From a virus: a stretch of 64,000 bases of DNA. Shown in pieces: positions 11,859 to 21,900 of this stretch. The translations under genes and the position numbers were made by a program. Positions within the stretch are counted from its first letter, which is position 1; each line of letters starts with the position of its first letter. The DNA is taken from the IMG/VR virus record IMGVR_UViG_3300042356_000801, positions 1 to 64,000 of that record. One strand, 5' to 3'. The notes under the pieces were generated by a model, which was not told the DNA's origin, made no database searches, and saw nothing but the letters and a program-made list of their open reading frames with translations.

Positions 11859-13307
11859 CTACACCACCGTGTATGAGATGGTTAAATCATCAGGCGTAAT
11901 TCTTGGAGCCCAACCCTTGTTTGCTGGTTCTAAGTTTTCGTCAATCTGGGGAAGCCAGTTTGAGCCATTAGGACTAAGTGTTAGTGACGAGACATATCTA
12001 ACACCGGGTATTGTGCTAATCAAAGCAATAACTTGATTAGCTCTTAGAACGTCTTCTGATGTTGGGTAAACGCCCGGGCTCAAGTATTCGATAATTGAAT
12101 TTTCTATTGTCTGCTGCAGTGGCTCTTGGTCGTAGTTTGAGTCAAGAACAACAACTGCTTCAATTGCCGCAGAAAGAAGTTCAAAGTTGCTTACGTTTAC
12201 TATAAGACCCGGGAGTGCTTTATCTACAATCGCGCTTTGTATGTCTGGTATCTGAATTAATGTGTCTACAAAGTCACCATTTCCATAAACAAAAACAGCA
12301 ATATTTCCGACTGACTCAATTCCTTTTTTGACAATTCCATCATCGGGAGAGTTGTCTTCTGGGCCAGTATTTGTATATGAGATAGTTGTAGAGTCGGTTC
12401 CTGTCAACGTATGCGTGCCATTGTATGCGGTATTAAACAATCCAGAAACCGTTACTTCGTCTCCTTCTTGGAATTGATGACCCGAGCCAATTGTTAATGT
12501 TGCCTCTGTGCCTGCAACGTTTCTGGACACATACGTAATTGCTTTGGTTTTACTTGTTGCTATGTCTCCTGTATCTGGGTCGCCGTCGGTTAAGTCGTAG
12601 GTACGAACTCGTCCAACTAAACCAGAATATGTATTAGCAACAAACGAGTCAACTTGACTTGCTTTTACAAGTGTTGAAGTAAGGGACGATAGATGAGAAA
12701 CTGCTCTAGACAAGAAAGAGGAAGAGTTTTCGTCGTTTACGCCGTTTTGGAAATAGCTTCCAGCTTCTGCACTAAAAATAGAAGTGGAAGGCGTAAGCAG
12801 GCTAAGTGGCGTAGATGGCGTAATTGAAGGAATTACTCCTGGGGTAAAGCACTCAGTAAGAACTGTACCCGATGGGAAAGGGTCACCAGTGTTGGGGGAC
12901 TCGTTGGCGGCAATCTCAAGAGACTCAACCGTCATGAAAACGTATTCAATTACTTCATCTTCAAAAACGCTTGTATAACCAAAAAACGTACCTACAGGTA
13001 TTGTTGCACCTTCATAGGAGTCGGCTTCTACAACAACCGACATCTGAGCAGGGGAAGAAAGATTGATGGTGACGCCCATCATTGAAAGAATGCCGGCCAT
13101 TAACCTGTCTGGGATTCTATTTATGGCAGTCGCGTTAACCCACCCAATCCAGGCCATTGCCTGAAACATGGCGTCCTCTACGGTGCCTGTCCTCAGAGTG
13201 AATTCTGGAAGCGTCAAGCGCGCCATCTCTATGGCTTCCAGGTACATGTCTCCTGGCTCTTTGTCATAGACGGTAATGTCTACGTATTGTGAAAAATCTG
13301 CTGCCAT
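11859..13307 (-). CDS. baseplate J-like protein
   Basis: TIPVGTFF, GVNDENSSSFLSRA and ISTIPGVRYV motifs; synteny. Confidence 0.8.
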   Translation of the reverse strand: MAADFSQYVDITVYDKEPGDMYLEAIEMARLTLPEFTLRTGTVEDAMFQAMAWIGWVNATAINRIPDRLMAGILSMMGVTINLSSPAQMSVVVEADSYEGATIPVGTFFGYTSVFEDEVIEYVFMTVESLEIAANESPNTGDPFPSGTVLTECFTPGVIPSITPSTPLSLLTPSTSIFSAEAGSYFQNGVNDENSSSFLSRAVSHLSSLTSTLVKASQVDSFVANTYSGLVGRVRTYDLTDGDPDTGDIATSKTKAITYVSRNVAGTEATLTIGSGHQFQEGDEVTVSGLFNTAYNGTHTLTGTDSTTISYTNTGPEDNSPDDGIVKKGIESVGNIAVFVYGNGDFVDTLIQIPDIQSAIVDKALPGLIVNVSNFELLSAAIEAVVVLDSNYDQEPLQQTIENSIIEYLSPGVYPTSEDVLRANQVIALISTIPGVRYVSSLTLSPNGSNWLPQIDENLEPANKGWAPRITPDDLTISYTVV

Positions 13308-13312
13308 TGGAT

Positions 13313-13609
13313 TTACTCTTCCGTTATTACAAAAGAAAACTGAACACCTATTGTCCCATTATCTTCCGATATGTTAAGTGATGTTATTTCAACTTCTGGT
13401 ACAAAACGAGAAGCGTTAAGAACAAATAGACCCTTGTCTACGGTTGTGAAGGTGGGGTCGCTCACTCCAAATCTTGGGGTGAACGGATGACTTTGGGGCT
13501 CGGTAAGTAGGGCTACCGTCAATAGCTGAGAGTAGAAATCGTAAGTGCCGTCATAAAGCTTCTGGACACCAGACGTGTCAAATTTAATTGGGAATTTAAT
13601 AGTGTCCAT
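13313..13609 (-). CDS. baseplate wedge / sheath initiator (gp25/gpW-like)
   Basis: 98 aa with LLTEP..HPFTPRFGV motif, immediately upstream of J. Confidence 0.7.
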   Translation of the reverse strand: MDTIKFPIKFDTSGVQKLYDGTYDFYSQLLTVALLTEPQSHPFTPRFGVSDPTFTTVDKGLFVLNASRFVPEVEITSLNISEDNGTIGVQFSFVITEE

Positions 13610-13638
13610 TTTCTAATTATCCCACATAGCTAAGTTCT

Positions 13639-13944
13639 TCATGGTTTAGGGTACTCGTCTTTCACGGCTTGGATTTGCTCGCGCCATGCCTCTAGACCCC
13701 CGTGGAACAAAAGGTCGAGCTGTTCGGCAATCGAGGGGTAGGCATTGCGTCTGTCTGTTTGATATGTCATTGCTTGCGCTTTGGCCACCGCCACAGCAAA
13801 TTCTGCTTCTGTTGGTTTAGGTACGTCTTCCGATTCCCAAACGAGAAGAGAGTAGTCCGGTTCCCCGTCTTTGCCTGGGTCAATAGAAATGGGCAGTAAA
13901 CCAGTCGGGTCCAATACCTCAAAAATGTAGTGTTTCCAACTCAT
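13639..13944 (-). CDS. tail fibre-associated protein (XkdW-like chaperone)
   Basis: [13 protein letters not shown] and [17 protein letters not shown]...AVKDEYPKP pattern common after phage fibre genes. Confidence 0.6.
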   Translation of the reverse strand: MSWKHYIFEVLDPTGLLPISIDPGKDGEPDYSLLVWESEDVPKPTEAEFAVAVAKAQAMTYQTDRRNAYPSIAEQLDLLFHGGLEAWREQIQAVKDEYPKP

Positions 13945-15752
13945 GGTGTGGTTACCGTAAAATAGGCTGAGTCGTTGGCATCACTCAAAACAGTAATTGC
14001 TTCTCCGTACACTTGAAGATAAAAAGTTCCTGCATTACCCCCAGTAACGCCCATTCCAATAACCCCCGAAACATTTTTATGGCTATAACTCTCATTTGTA
14101 AAATAACGAAAAGACCCACCTACGGCCCCATCGGTGTCATAATAAGTGCGAACCAAATACGCACCAGTAGCAGCAAAGTAGCAACTAAAATTATAGTTGC
14201 ACACAATGACGCTAGTGCTAGATGGAATAGTTATTCCAACTGCACCTACTGTTAGCCAAGTATTCGCGCCAGTTGTAAAAGCTGTAGCATTTCTTCCATA
14301 GGCACCAATAGTTAGTGCTGTTCCTATTTGTTCTCCAGCAACATGCCAACCGTAAACATTGGATTTAGCGCTGTACCGCGGCACTCCAGCCGAGTCAATG
14401 TACATTCTCCTGTCCCACCCACTGCCATTCCAGGTTAAAAACCCAAGTTCGGTAGCGGAGTTTCCAGCATTCATGTTTGTTGCTCTTATTTGCGCATTGC
14501 CGGTGTCGGAGCCATAAGAAGAAGTATCGACTCCAAAGTTTAAGGCAGCGGAGTTACCCGTAGTATTGGTTGCGTAATTGACGATAGATATCTCTCCGCC
14601 TTTGCCGCCAACAGTGTCCTTACGCACATGAAGTTGCGAGCTTGTGTTTGTAGCGAGAAGAGAAGTGTCCCCTATTCCAACAGTAGATGGGAGAGACAAA
14701 GTTATTCCACCGGTAGAACCAGAAGTTGTTATTTGATTTGCCATTCCGGTAACTGCCACGACTCCGGTATTCGTTACAGTAACTGCACCTGTTGCTCCAG
14801 AAACTGTAATTCCCGTACCGCCAGCTAATGAAGTAACACCATTTGAACCCGGGACACCAGAAGGTCCAGTTGCCCCAATGGGTCCAGTTGCGCCAGTCGG
14901 ACCACCAGCAGGACCGGTAGCACCAGTCAAGCCAGTTGGGCCTGTTGCGCCGGTTATGCCAGTGGGTCCAGTTGGTCCTGTTCCTCCATCTAGTCCAGGC
15001 AAACCATTTAATCCCGGGTCACCTTGAGGGCCAGTCGCACCAGTCGCACCAATTCCTGTCGGACCGGTAGCGCCTGTTAGGCCAGTAGCTCCTGTTGACC
15101 CGGTAGTCCCAGTTAATCCTGTCGCGCCTGCTGGACCGGTAGCACCTGTTGGTCCAGTTGGTCCAGTTGGTCCACCGGAAGGACCCGTCGGCCCTGTTGG
15201 CCCTGTCGCTGGCTGCGGTCCAACCTCAACCCACGATGAGTCGTAATAAACAAAAGTCTGACTTGTGTCTGATTCAAACCACAAGTCTCCCTGCATTGGG
15301 TTGGCTGGGGCAGTATCAGATACCTTAACTCCTCCACCTATTGACATCCACGCAGAACCGTCCCAGTACTGGACAGCAGAAGTTGCGGTTACGTATGTGA
15401 ACACTCCAGTACTTGGGGTCATTCCAAGTGTCGCCGTTCTTTCTAGTTCTGTAGGGAAGACAAGAATGGATGAACGGTTGGACGACTTGCTTGACCCAAG
15501 AATAACAAAGCTGGTCATTGCCGATGTCAAGAACGTCCCTACGACAGTATCGTCTACTTTGTATTTTTTTGTAAGGTCCGTATCAAGTGGAAGTATTGGC
15601 CCTAAATCGCTACCAAGTTCAGGTATGTGAACATGAACTCGGCCGTCAGAACCTACTCTTGTAACAATGCAGTTAAATATTTCGCCAGGGTCTTTGGAAA
15701 TAGAGAAAGCATTGTCTCTACGGATTACTTGTGGTTGTGGAGGAGTAATCAT
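13941..15752 (-). CDS. baseplate spike-position protein: gpV-like OB-fold fused to collagen fibre
   Basis: N-terminal [20 protein letters not shown]...[10 protein letters not shown]; located between hub and gp25-like genes; long G-X-Y tract. Confidence 0.65.
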   Translation of the reverse strand: MITPPQPQVIRRDNAFSISKDPGEIFNCIVTRVGSDGRVHVHIPELGSDLGPILPLDTDLTKKYKVDDTVVGTFLTSAMTSFVILGSSKSSNRSSILVFPTELERTATLGMTPSTGVFTYVTATSAVQYWDGSAWMSIGGGVKVSDTAPANPMQGDLWFESDTSQTFVYYDSSWVEVGPQPATGPTGPTGPSGGPTGPTGPTGATGPAGATGLTGTTGSTGATGLTGATGPTGIGATGATGPQGDPGLNGLPGLDGGTGPTGPTGITGATGPTGLTGATGPAGGPTGATGPIGATGPSGVPGSNGVTSLAGGTGITVSGATGAVTVTNTGVVAVTGMANQITTSGSTGGITLSLPSTVGIGDTSLLATNTSSQLHVRKDTVGGKGGEISIVNYATNTTGNSAALNFGVDTSSYGSDTGNAQIRATNMNAGNSATELGFLTWNGSGWDRRMYIDSAGVPRYSAKSNVYGWHVAGEQIGTALTIGAYGRNATAFTTGANTWLTVGAVGITIPSSTSVIVCNYNFSCYFAATGAYLVRTYYDTDGAVGGSFRYFTNESYSHKNVSGVIGMGVTGGNAGTFYLQVYGEAITVLSDANDSAYFTVTTP

Positions 15753-17359
15753 TATTCGCTACCAGGAGTATTTACGTATTTACCATTGGGGAACTTTTTT
15801 ATAACTATTTCATGTTGTTGACCGCTTATTAGGGCACCATAGACCCCAGCGTTGTAAATAGATTCTTTTTTAGACTTGCCTCTTACTTTTGCCAAAAACC
15901 TACCATCCGCCTGATACTTTGCTATGGCTTCATTTTGAGTTAGCTCAACAGGCATTCCTGTTTCCATTGACGTCCATATTGGGGTAAGAAGAAGCGAAAA
16001 TGGCTTACCATTATTTACGCCCCCTTCGGTCCATGGGTAGATGGTGATTGAGTGTGTTGTCTTTACGGTATCTCCAGAGACCAGTACTGGCCTATCGTAG
16101 ATATCCATGTTGCCAGTTGCAAACACCCCGGCGGTAGGAGTTGGATAGCGGTCAAATCGGTGGTCCGCGTCTGGCAGTGGGAATATGCCCTTATATATTC
16201 TTTTTCTAAAGAACTTTGAACCAGCGCGGGTCACGTCATACGTCATTGTTCTATTAGTTAGACCATCCTGGTCGGTGATGTCGATTACCTGTGGACCACG
16301 TTCACCAATTGGCAAATCTTTGATTTCTTTGTCTTCTTTTTGTGGTTTTTTAAAAGAAATACTTACCGGGTCTGGTGATATGTCAGGAAAAGAAACATTA
16401 TCTATTAGGTAGTAACCATTGTAATCGGACATCCCACCAAGTTTTATTGTCATTCCAGGCCTTAACCGAACAGCGTTAAATCTATCTAATACAGCAGTAC
16501 CAGAAGCATCCCATGGGTTGTTTTCCGTCATGCTGATGCTTGGAATCTCCATAAGCTGAAGGTCTTCTCTTAGGTCAGCAGAATCCAGTTTTTTGTTTTT
16601 CCATGTAAGTGGGATGTATTTGTTCTTGGTTTTTGCTTTTTTGTCTTTACTTTTGATTTGGGCTTCTGTTAATTTGGCTTCGTGTGTTCCCCAATTTTTG
16701 AGAATATATTTTTCAGATGCAAATATTAAATACCCGTCTACTTCGTAAACAACAAATTTTGCTGTTTTAGCAAGACTGTCAATTACGCTCCATAAGGACT
16801 CGGCTTTGCTTCCAGCGGTAGCCTTGTTTATGCTTTGTGATTTTGAAGTTGTTTCACCCCAAAATTTTAGACCATATTTTTTTGCAGCTCTTTTAACGAA
16901 CTCCGTACCGGAACCCCCAACAGTTCCTGGCTTTCTGTCTCTCTTCATCTGCTGTATGGCGCGAGAATAGCAAGTTACCGTAACGGTAGGGTTCTCTCCT
17001 GGTCCCTGCGACACCCCAACATTTGCTATTTCAAATAGTTGGAGCTGTCTTTGGGATATGTCTGGAAGTGTTGTTTTTTCTATTGTTCCAAACGTCTCAC
17101 TGAGGTAAGCAACAACGCGACCCATGTTAAAATAGTTTTTAGAAATCATTTTAAGGTCTTCGTCAAGAACGGTAAAAGACAGTTCACTAGACATGTTCAT
17201 TGTGTATTGAACGTTTACGCTTATAAGTCTTTCTCTTACTTCAGCAATTTCTTCTCTTTTTTCGTCCATAAAAAACAGGACGCCACCATACTGACGCTCA
17301 AGGGAGCGTGGGATTTGTTTCCATAATTCAATTGGGACCCTGTTGTCTGCGTTAGCCAT
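15752..17359 (-). CDS. baseplate hub (gpD/gp27-like) with C-terminal extension
   Basis: [31 protein letters not shown]...GYYLIDNV pattern; synteny. Confidence 0.7.
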   Translation of the reverse strand: MANADNRVPIELWKQIPRSLERQYGGVLFFMDEKREEIAEVRERLISVNVQYTMNMSSELSFTVLDEDLKMISKNYFNMGRVVAYLSETFGTIEKTTLPDISQRQLQLFEIANVGVSQGPGENPTVTVTCYSRAIQQMKRDRKPGTVGGSGTEFVKRAAKKYGLKFWGETTSKSQSINKATAGSKAESLWSVIDSLAKTAKFVVYEVDGYLIFASEKYILKNWGTHEAKLTEAQIKSKDKKAKTKNKYIPLTWKNKKLDSADLREDLQLMEIPSISMTENNPWDASGTAVLDRFNAVRLRPGMTIKLGGMSDYNGYYLIDNVSFPDISPDPVSISFKKPQKEDKEIKDLPIGERGPQVIDITDQDGLTNRTMTYDVTRAGSKFFRKRIYKGIFPLPDADHRFDRYPTPTAGVFATGNMDIYDRPVLVSGDTVKTTHSITIYPWTEGGVNNGKPFSLLLTPIWTSMETGMPVELTQNEAIAKYQADGRFLAKVRGKSKKESIYNAGVYGALISGQQHEIVIKKFPNGKYVNTPGSE

Positions 17360-17361
17360 AA

Positions 17362-18999
17362 CTATGGTCCAAAAATGTCACGGACACCCAACATTCCAAT
17401 AGGTTGGGTTCGGCGTCTGGACGCAAGGTCGTATGCGGCCTGGTCAAGAACGATTACAGACTTGCAGGATGCGTCATAATTTACTATTCCCTTAGCTAGT
17501 GACCTTAGCCATGCAATATCATTTGATGTGTAGTTTTCTCTACTCCAAGTGTTTTTTGCTGCTGAGTTGTCACATAATCCCTTGTCTCCAGGGGGTGGTG
17601 GTGGAACCTCGGGAATTGGTTTAAGTTTTGGAAATTCAATAAGTTTTATTAGTTCTTGAGGGTATTCGGTCAGCGTTATGTCGCACGAAGCCCTGCTTAT
17701 CGCTCCAGTAGAGCTTCTATATATAGAGCTAACATTCAGGTCGGCAATAACAAACAAAGAGCCTTTGCTTGCAGAGTCATTGTTAAACGGATACCTAACT
17801 GGCTCCGACAGCAATTTGTCAAAACCCATAAATACAACAGGAAACGGACTTGAGGCCATTTGGCGTAGATTTTTAAGTTGTTCATCAACACTTGTTGTTA
17901 TTACTTTGTTATCAAGAGCATCGTCTAGATTGCCAGAAATATCCGAGGCAACAATAAAGCTAAAAGAAACACTCATTAATTTGTATGACTTCCAGTCAAC
18001 CATTGGCCTATTTGCTGCTCTATCAATTGGGGTCCAATCAGAGCCAAGACTTGAATAGGTTATTTGATTTGGCCTATGAACAAATTCATAAACAAGCGGT
18101 GTTTGTCCTGATGTTGTTGTTTGAACAAGTTTGGGTGTTTGCGATGCAGCAACCGAAGTCGCTGAAATGCCATTTTTTTTAACCGTATTTAAGGTGACAG
18201 CTATGGTTTTGCTTTTTGCAATTTGTCTTGCGGTGCTTGCTTTTGGAGTAATCAAAGACTCTGATTCTCTTACAGCCAAGGTTCTCTGTGCCTGAGCATT
18301 AATTAACGCAACTGCTTCTTCTCGTGATTTGCCTTGAGATATTAGCTCGTAAACTTGAGAAATTCTTATTGACTCAACAGTATTAGCCATAAGGGACTCG
18401 TTGCTCTGACCAGAGGTATCCCTTGAGAAAATTGTGTCAATAAGGTATTGAGTATCAGTGATTCCAAAAGTTTGCAAATTACCAAATGGGTAAAACTCGT
18501 TCTTAAACGGGTGATACCAATAAGAAGGGACAATCAGTGTTCCGTAGCTGTCGTAAGTGTCTGTGTATGTTTCTTTGCTTTCAACCCAAATCTGGATATT
18601 TCTATAAGAGTAAGGGTTGGTTGAAGGAGAGAGTGGGTACAGTTTTGTTCTTCCTGTAGCAACAAACAGTTTAGTTCCATAGTATTTGTGTGTATAAACG
18701 GCATACCTGTCGGTGTAGTGCCTTGGAACTTTTTTAACCAGACTTTCTAGGCGAGGTTCATACTTAACCCTTGTGGCAATAACGTTTTCATCTCCAGCCG
18801 TATACTCTTTGTACTTTGTCAACCCAGGAAGAGGCATCCAGTACTCAACCTCGTCAAGCCTAATTGGGGTACCACCTGGAACATTTTTGTATAGATGATA
18901 AATGGGATAACCGGAGTAAATAACGCCTGCTCCTGGTTGTGTTTTGCGAACTTCTTTATAAAAATAAGTATTTTGAATAGGTTGAGTAACTGCAGGCAT
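17362..18999 (-). CDS. tail tube initiator / gpU-like protein with N-terminal extension
   Basis: FVHRPNQITYS...W..IDR...P and ISRASCDITLTEY motifs; directly after the tape measure gene. Confidence 0.6.
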   Translation of the reverse strand: MPAVTQPIQNTYFYKEVRKTQPGAGVIYSGYPIYHLYKNVPGGTPIRLDEVEYWMPLPGLTKYKEYTAGDENVIATRVKYEPRLESLVKKVPRHYTDRYAVYTHKYYGTKLFVATGRTKLYPLSPSTNPYSYRNIQIWVESKETYTDTYDSYGTLIVPSYWYHPFKNEFYPFGNLQTFGITDTQYLIDTIFSRDTSGQSNESLMANTVESIRISQVYELISQGKSREEAVALINAQAQRTLAVRESESLITPKASTARQIAKSKTIAVTLNTVKKNGISATSVAASQTPKLVQTTTSGQTPLVYEFVHRPNQITYSSLGSDWTPIDRAANRPMVDWKSYKLMSVSFSFIVASDISGNLDDALDNKVITTSVDEQLKNLRQMASSPFPVVFMGFDKLLSEPVRYPFNNDSASKGSLFVIADLNVSSIYRSSTGAISRASCDITLTEYPQELIKLIEFPKLKPIPEVPPPPPGDKGLCDNSAAKNTWSRENYTSNDIAWLRSLAKGIVNYDASCKSVIVLDQAAYDLASRRRTQPIGMLGVRDIFGP

Positions 19000-21900
19000 T
19001 AGGTTCTCTCTCTTACTCTTTGCTCAGTATTTTTTATCTTTGCCATAACCATATTTGCTATCTCTTCAGGATTGTTTTGTCCACCATTGATATGGAATGT
19101 AAACGAGTTAGTTCCTGAGGAAACAGTAGCGCTAGTTGGTACGCCCATTTGGTTAGAAGCTGGGGTCAATGTGTCACCAATTGCTCCAGCTCCCGGAACT
19201 GCATGAAGATGCCTTCCACGACCACTTCCGTGGAACTCGGCAAATCCACCAGCGTTGCGTGTTGCTACGGCATAAGAGCCAAGATTTTGCCCAACAATGT
19301 CAATTGCTCTGCCTGTCACATGGTCAGAATTAAGCGAGCCAAGACCGTAGGTTCTGTAGGAAGACGTTATTGACCTCTTTCCAGCAATGGAGCCATTAAT
19401 GGAGTTGTGTCTAGCCATAGTCTGGCTGAGTCTTGAAGAAGTTGTGTCGCCAACAACCCCACCACGAGGAGTATTTGTGTCATCCTTCATGATTTCTTTC
19501 ATGGCATCTTTCGACCACCATTCGGGTTTTCCAGTAGAGTCAGTGAAATAGTTAGCCATGTTATCGTTGAAGTTCTCTACCGCCGTCTTGAAGGTGTCTG
19601 AAGCAGTGGACATCTTGTCAGCTACAGCATTGGTGTCTTTGTCTATTGACCCTATTTCAAAGTTTTTCTGAGTAGCACCGTATGCGTCAAACTTGTCAGA
19701 AAGCACATTTTGCATGTACTCTTCTTTGCTACCAAAACCTTTAGCTTCATATATTTTTTTTGATTCTTCGTCGGTTTTGTTTGCAAATGGGTCGGTTATG
19801 TTGAAAGTTCCAGACTCAACATCTTTGAGGAATTTTTCCCTATTTGGGGCGTCCATGGAGCCGATTACGGCCGACAGTTGCGAGGTATTGCCCATCATTC
19901 CGGAGTTTGCAAGCATTCCTGTTATTTGTTCAGACGCGCCCCCAATAAATCCTTTTTCCGTACTTGCATCTTGAGCTGCAAGTGCCTTAACAACTGCGGG
20001 TGTAAAGAACTTTGCGGGGTCCATTTTTGCCCATGCACCACCAGGTCCAAACAGTTTTCCTGGGTCAGCGGCTGTTCCTATTTGTTCTTTCTGGCCATAG
20101 AAGGAGTCAATAGCCCCCTTGCCCATTGATGCAGACGATTCCTGGAAACCTTTTAACGCTTCAAGGACCGATGCAGTGCTGCCTCCGCCTTTTACAACGT
20201 CGAAAACTTGACGACCCCGCTCGTCATAAATTTCTGGGGCTTTTGCTGCTTTTATTGCTTCATCAAATCCATCAGAAATACCCTTTACGAACGAGTCAAT
20301 GTTTAGGTTTTTCATTTCCTCGGTTGTTCTAACCATATTTAGACCAAGTTTTTCAACCATGTCTGACATTCTCATAGTGGAGTCGTAAAGGTTCACGCCC
20401 ATTTTTTTGGCCAACAATTCAAGTTCTGCTCCGGATTTACCAGACATCTTCTTGAGCATTTCCATGCGCTTTGTTGATTGGTCGCCAACCATCGTTGCTG
20501 CTTCTATGCGCTCTGGAAGTTTTTTACCAATTTCTGTTAAACCTTTAGTTGGGCTAGCTTTTATGGCTTTGTATTCATCGTCACTAATCATCCCCTTAAA
20601 TGCAGGGTCTTTACGCAGCAACTCTATTTGGTCAAGAGCTTTCTTTTGGTCGTCATTTATGGCGTTGTTTCCGCCCAGGAAACCAAGTCCTGGGACTTTT
20701 GACACAGTGTCCATTCCTGGGATATTTCCAAGGCCGCCCATCAGTTGAGAAACCCCACGGGTGACTCCTCCAGCTGCACTTGTAAGCCATCCAAGTGGGT
20801 TTAACCTTCTACCCCATCTTGACTGACCAGTGAGAGCTCCCAACCATCCTTTTGTTCCAGTCTTTCCCGACTGACTGAAATTGAGCGCTTTTTGGTCATT
20901 TCGTTTTTGAAAGTCCATGTCGATGCCCTTAAATCTGGCACCAACATTTCTGTATTTTTCAGCAGTTGCTGAAGCAACATTTTCAAGTGCGCCGCTTCGT
21001 CCAGCAAGACTTTCTCCTCTTGCTGCGGCTTCTTCGTTTCTCTTTAATTGAATTCCAGCTTTTTTAAATTCGGCAAAAGACACAGCATCCAAGAATGAAT
21101 TAACTGCCGCTTTGGCTTCCTTTGCCCTTTGCTTCATTCCGCCATACCAACCAGCAAGTGCGCCGGTAATGGCACCAAGGGCAGCACCAACTGCGGTACC
21201 TACGCCTGGAGCAATCATTGTTCCGATTGCTGCACCAGCCATGGCTCCCGTCGCTGCTCCACCTTTTGCTGTTCTTGATTTAAGGGCGGCTCCACCAAAA
21301 CCAACTGCGAGTCCAGCTAGTGGGTTGAATTGACCAACCATTCCACCAAGCGCCATTGCCCCCTGTGCTTCTGGGGCCATTTTCTGAGACAACATACCCA
21401 TACCCATACCGACAGCCATTTTTGCGCCCATGCTGTTGTTCATACCGCCAATGCCTTTTTCTGCATTTCCAAGAACAGCAGAACCAAGCCTGCTACTTCT
21501 GGTTTGACGCATGTTATGGGCCATAAGTTTTCTTTTAAGCCCAAAACCGGAATTTCTGAATGTTGCGCCTTTAAACTTTCCTGATTGCTGGTCAAGCCCA
21601 GCAACTACGTTTCCTGTCTTTGGGTGAAGAACTTCTATGGCACCAGTAGGACCGTGAAGTCTTTCTATCCCCATCTGTCGCCCTGTTATGGAGCTTTGCA
21701 GGAACCCAGCTTTTTCGTCAACCTGCGAGTTTGCAGCATTCATTATGTTGCCGAACATTCCACGGGTAGACGTAACCCCCCTGCTACCAAAGCCCCTTAC
21801 GCCTGCACCAAACTGACGAACAAGATTTCCATTTTGATACCTTGCTCTTGGGGTTCTGCCAACATTCCACCCGCCACCATTTCTACGTATCTGCTCATCT

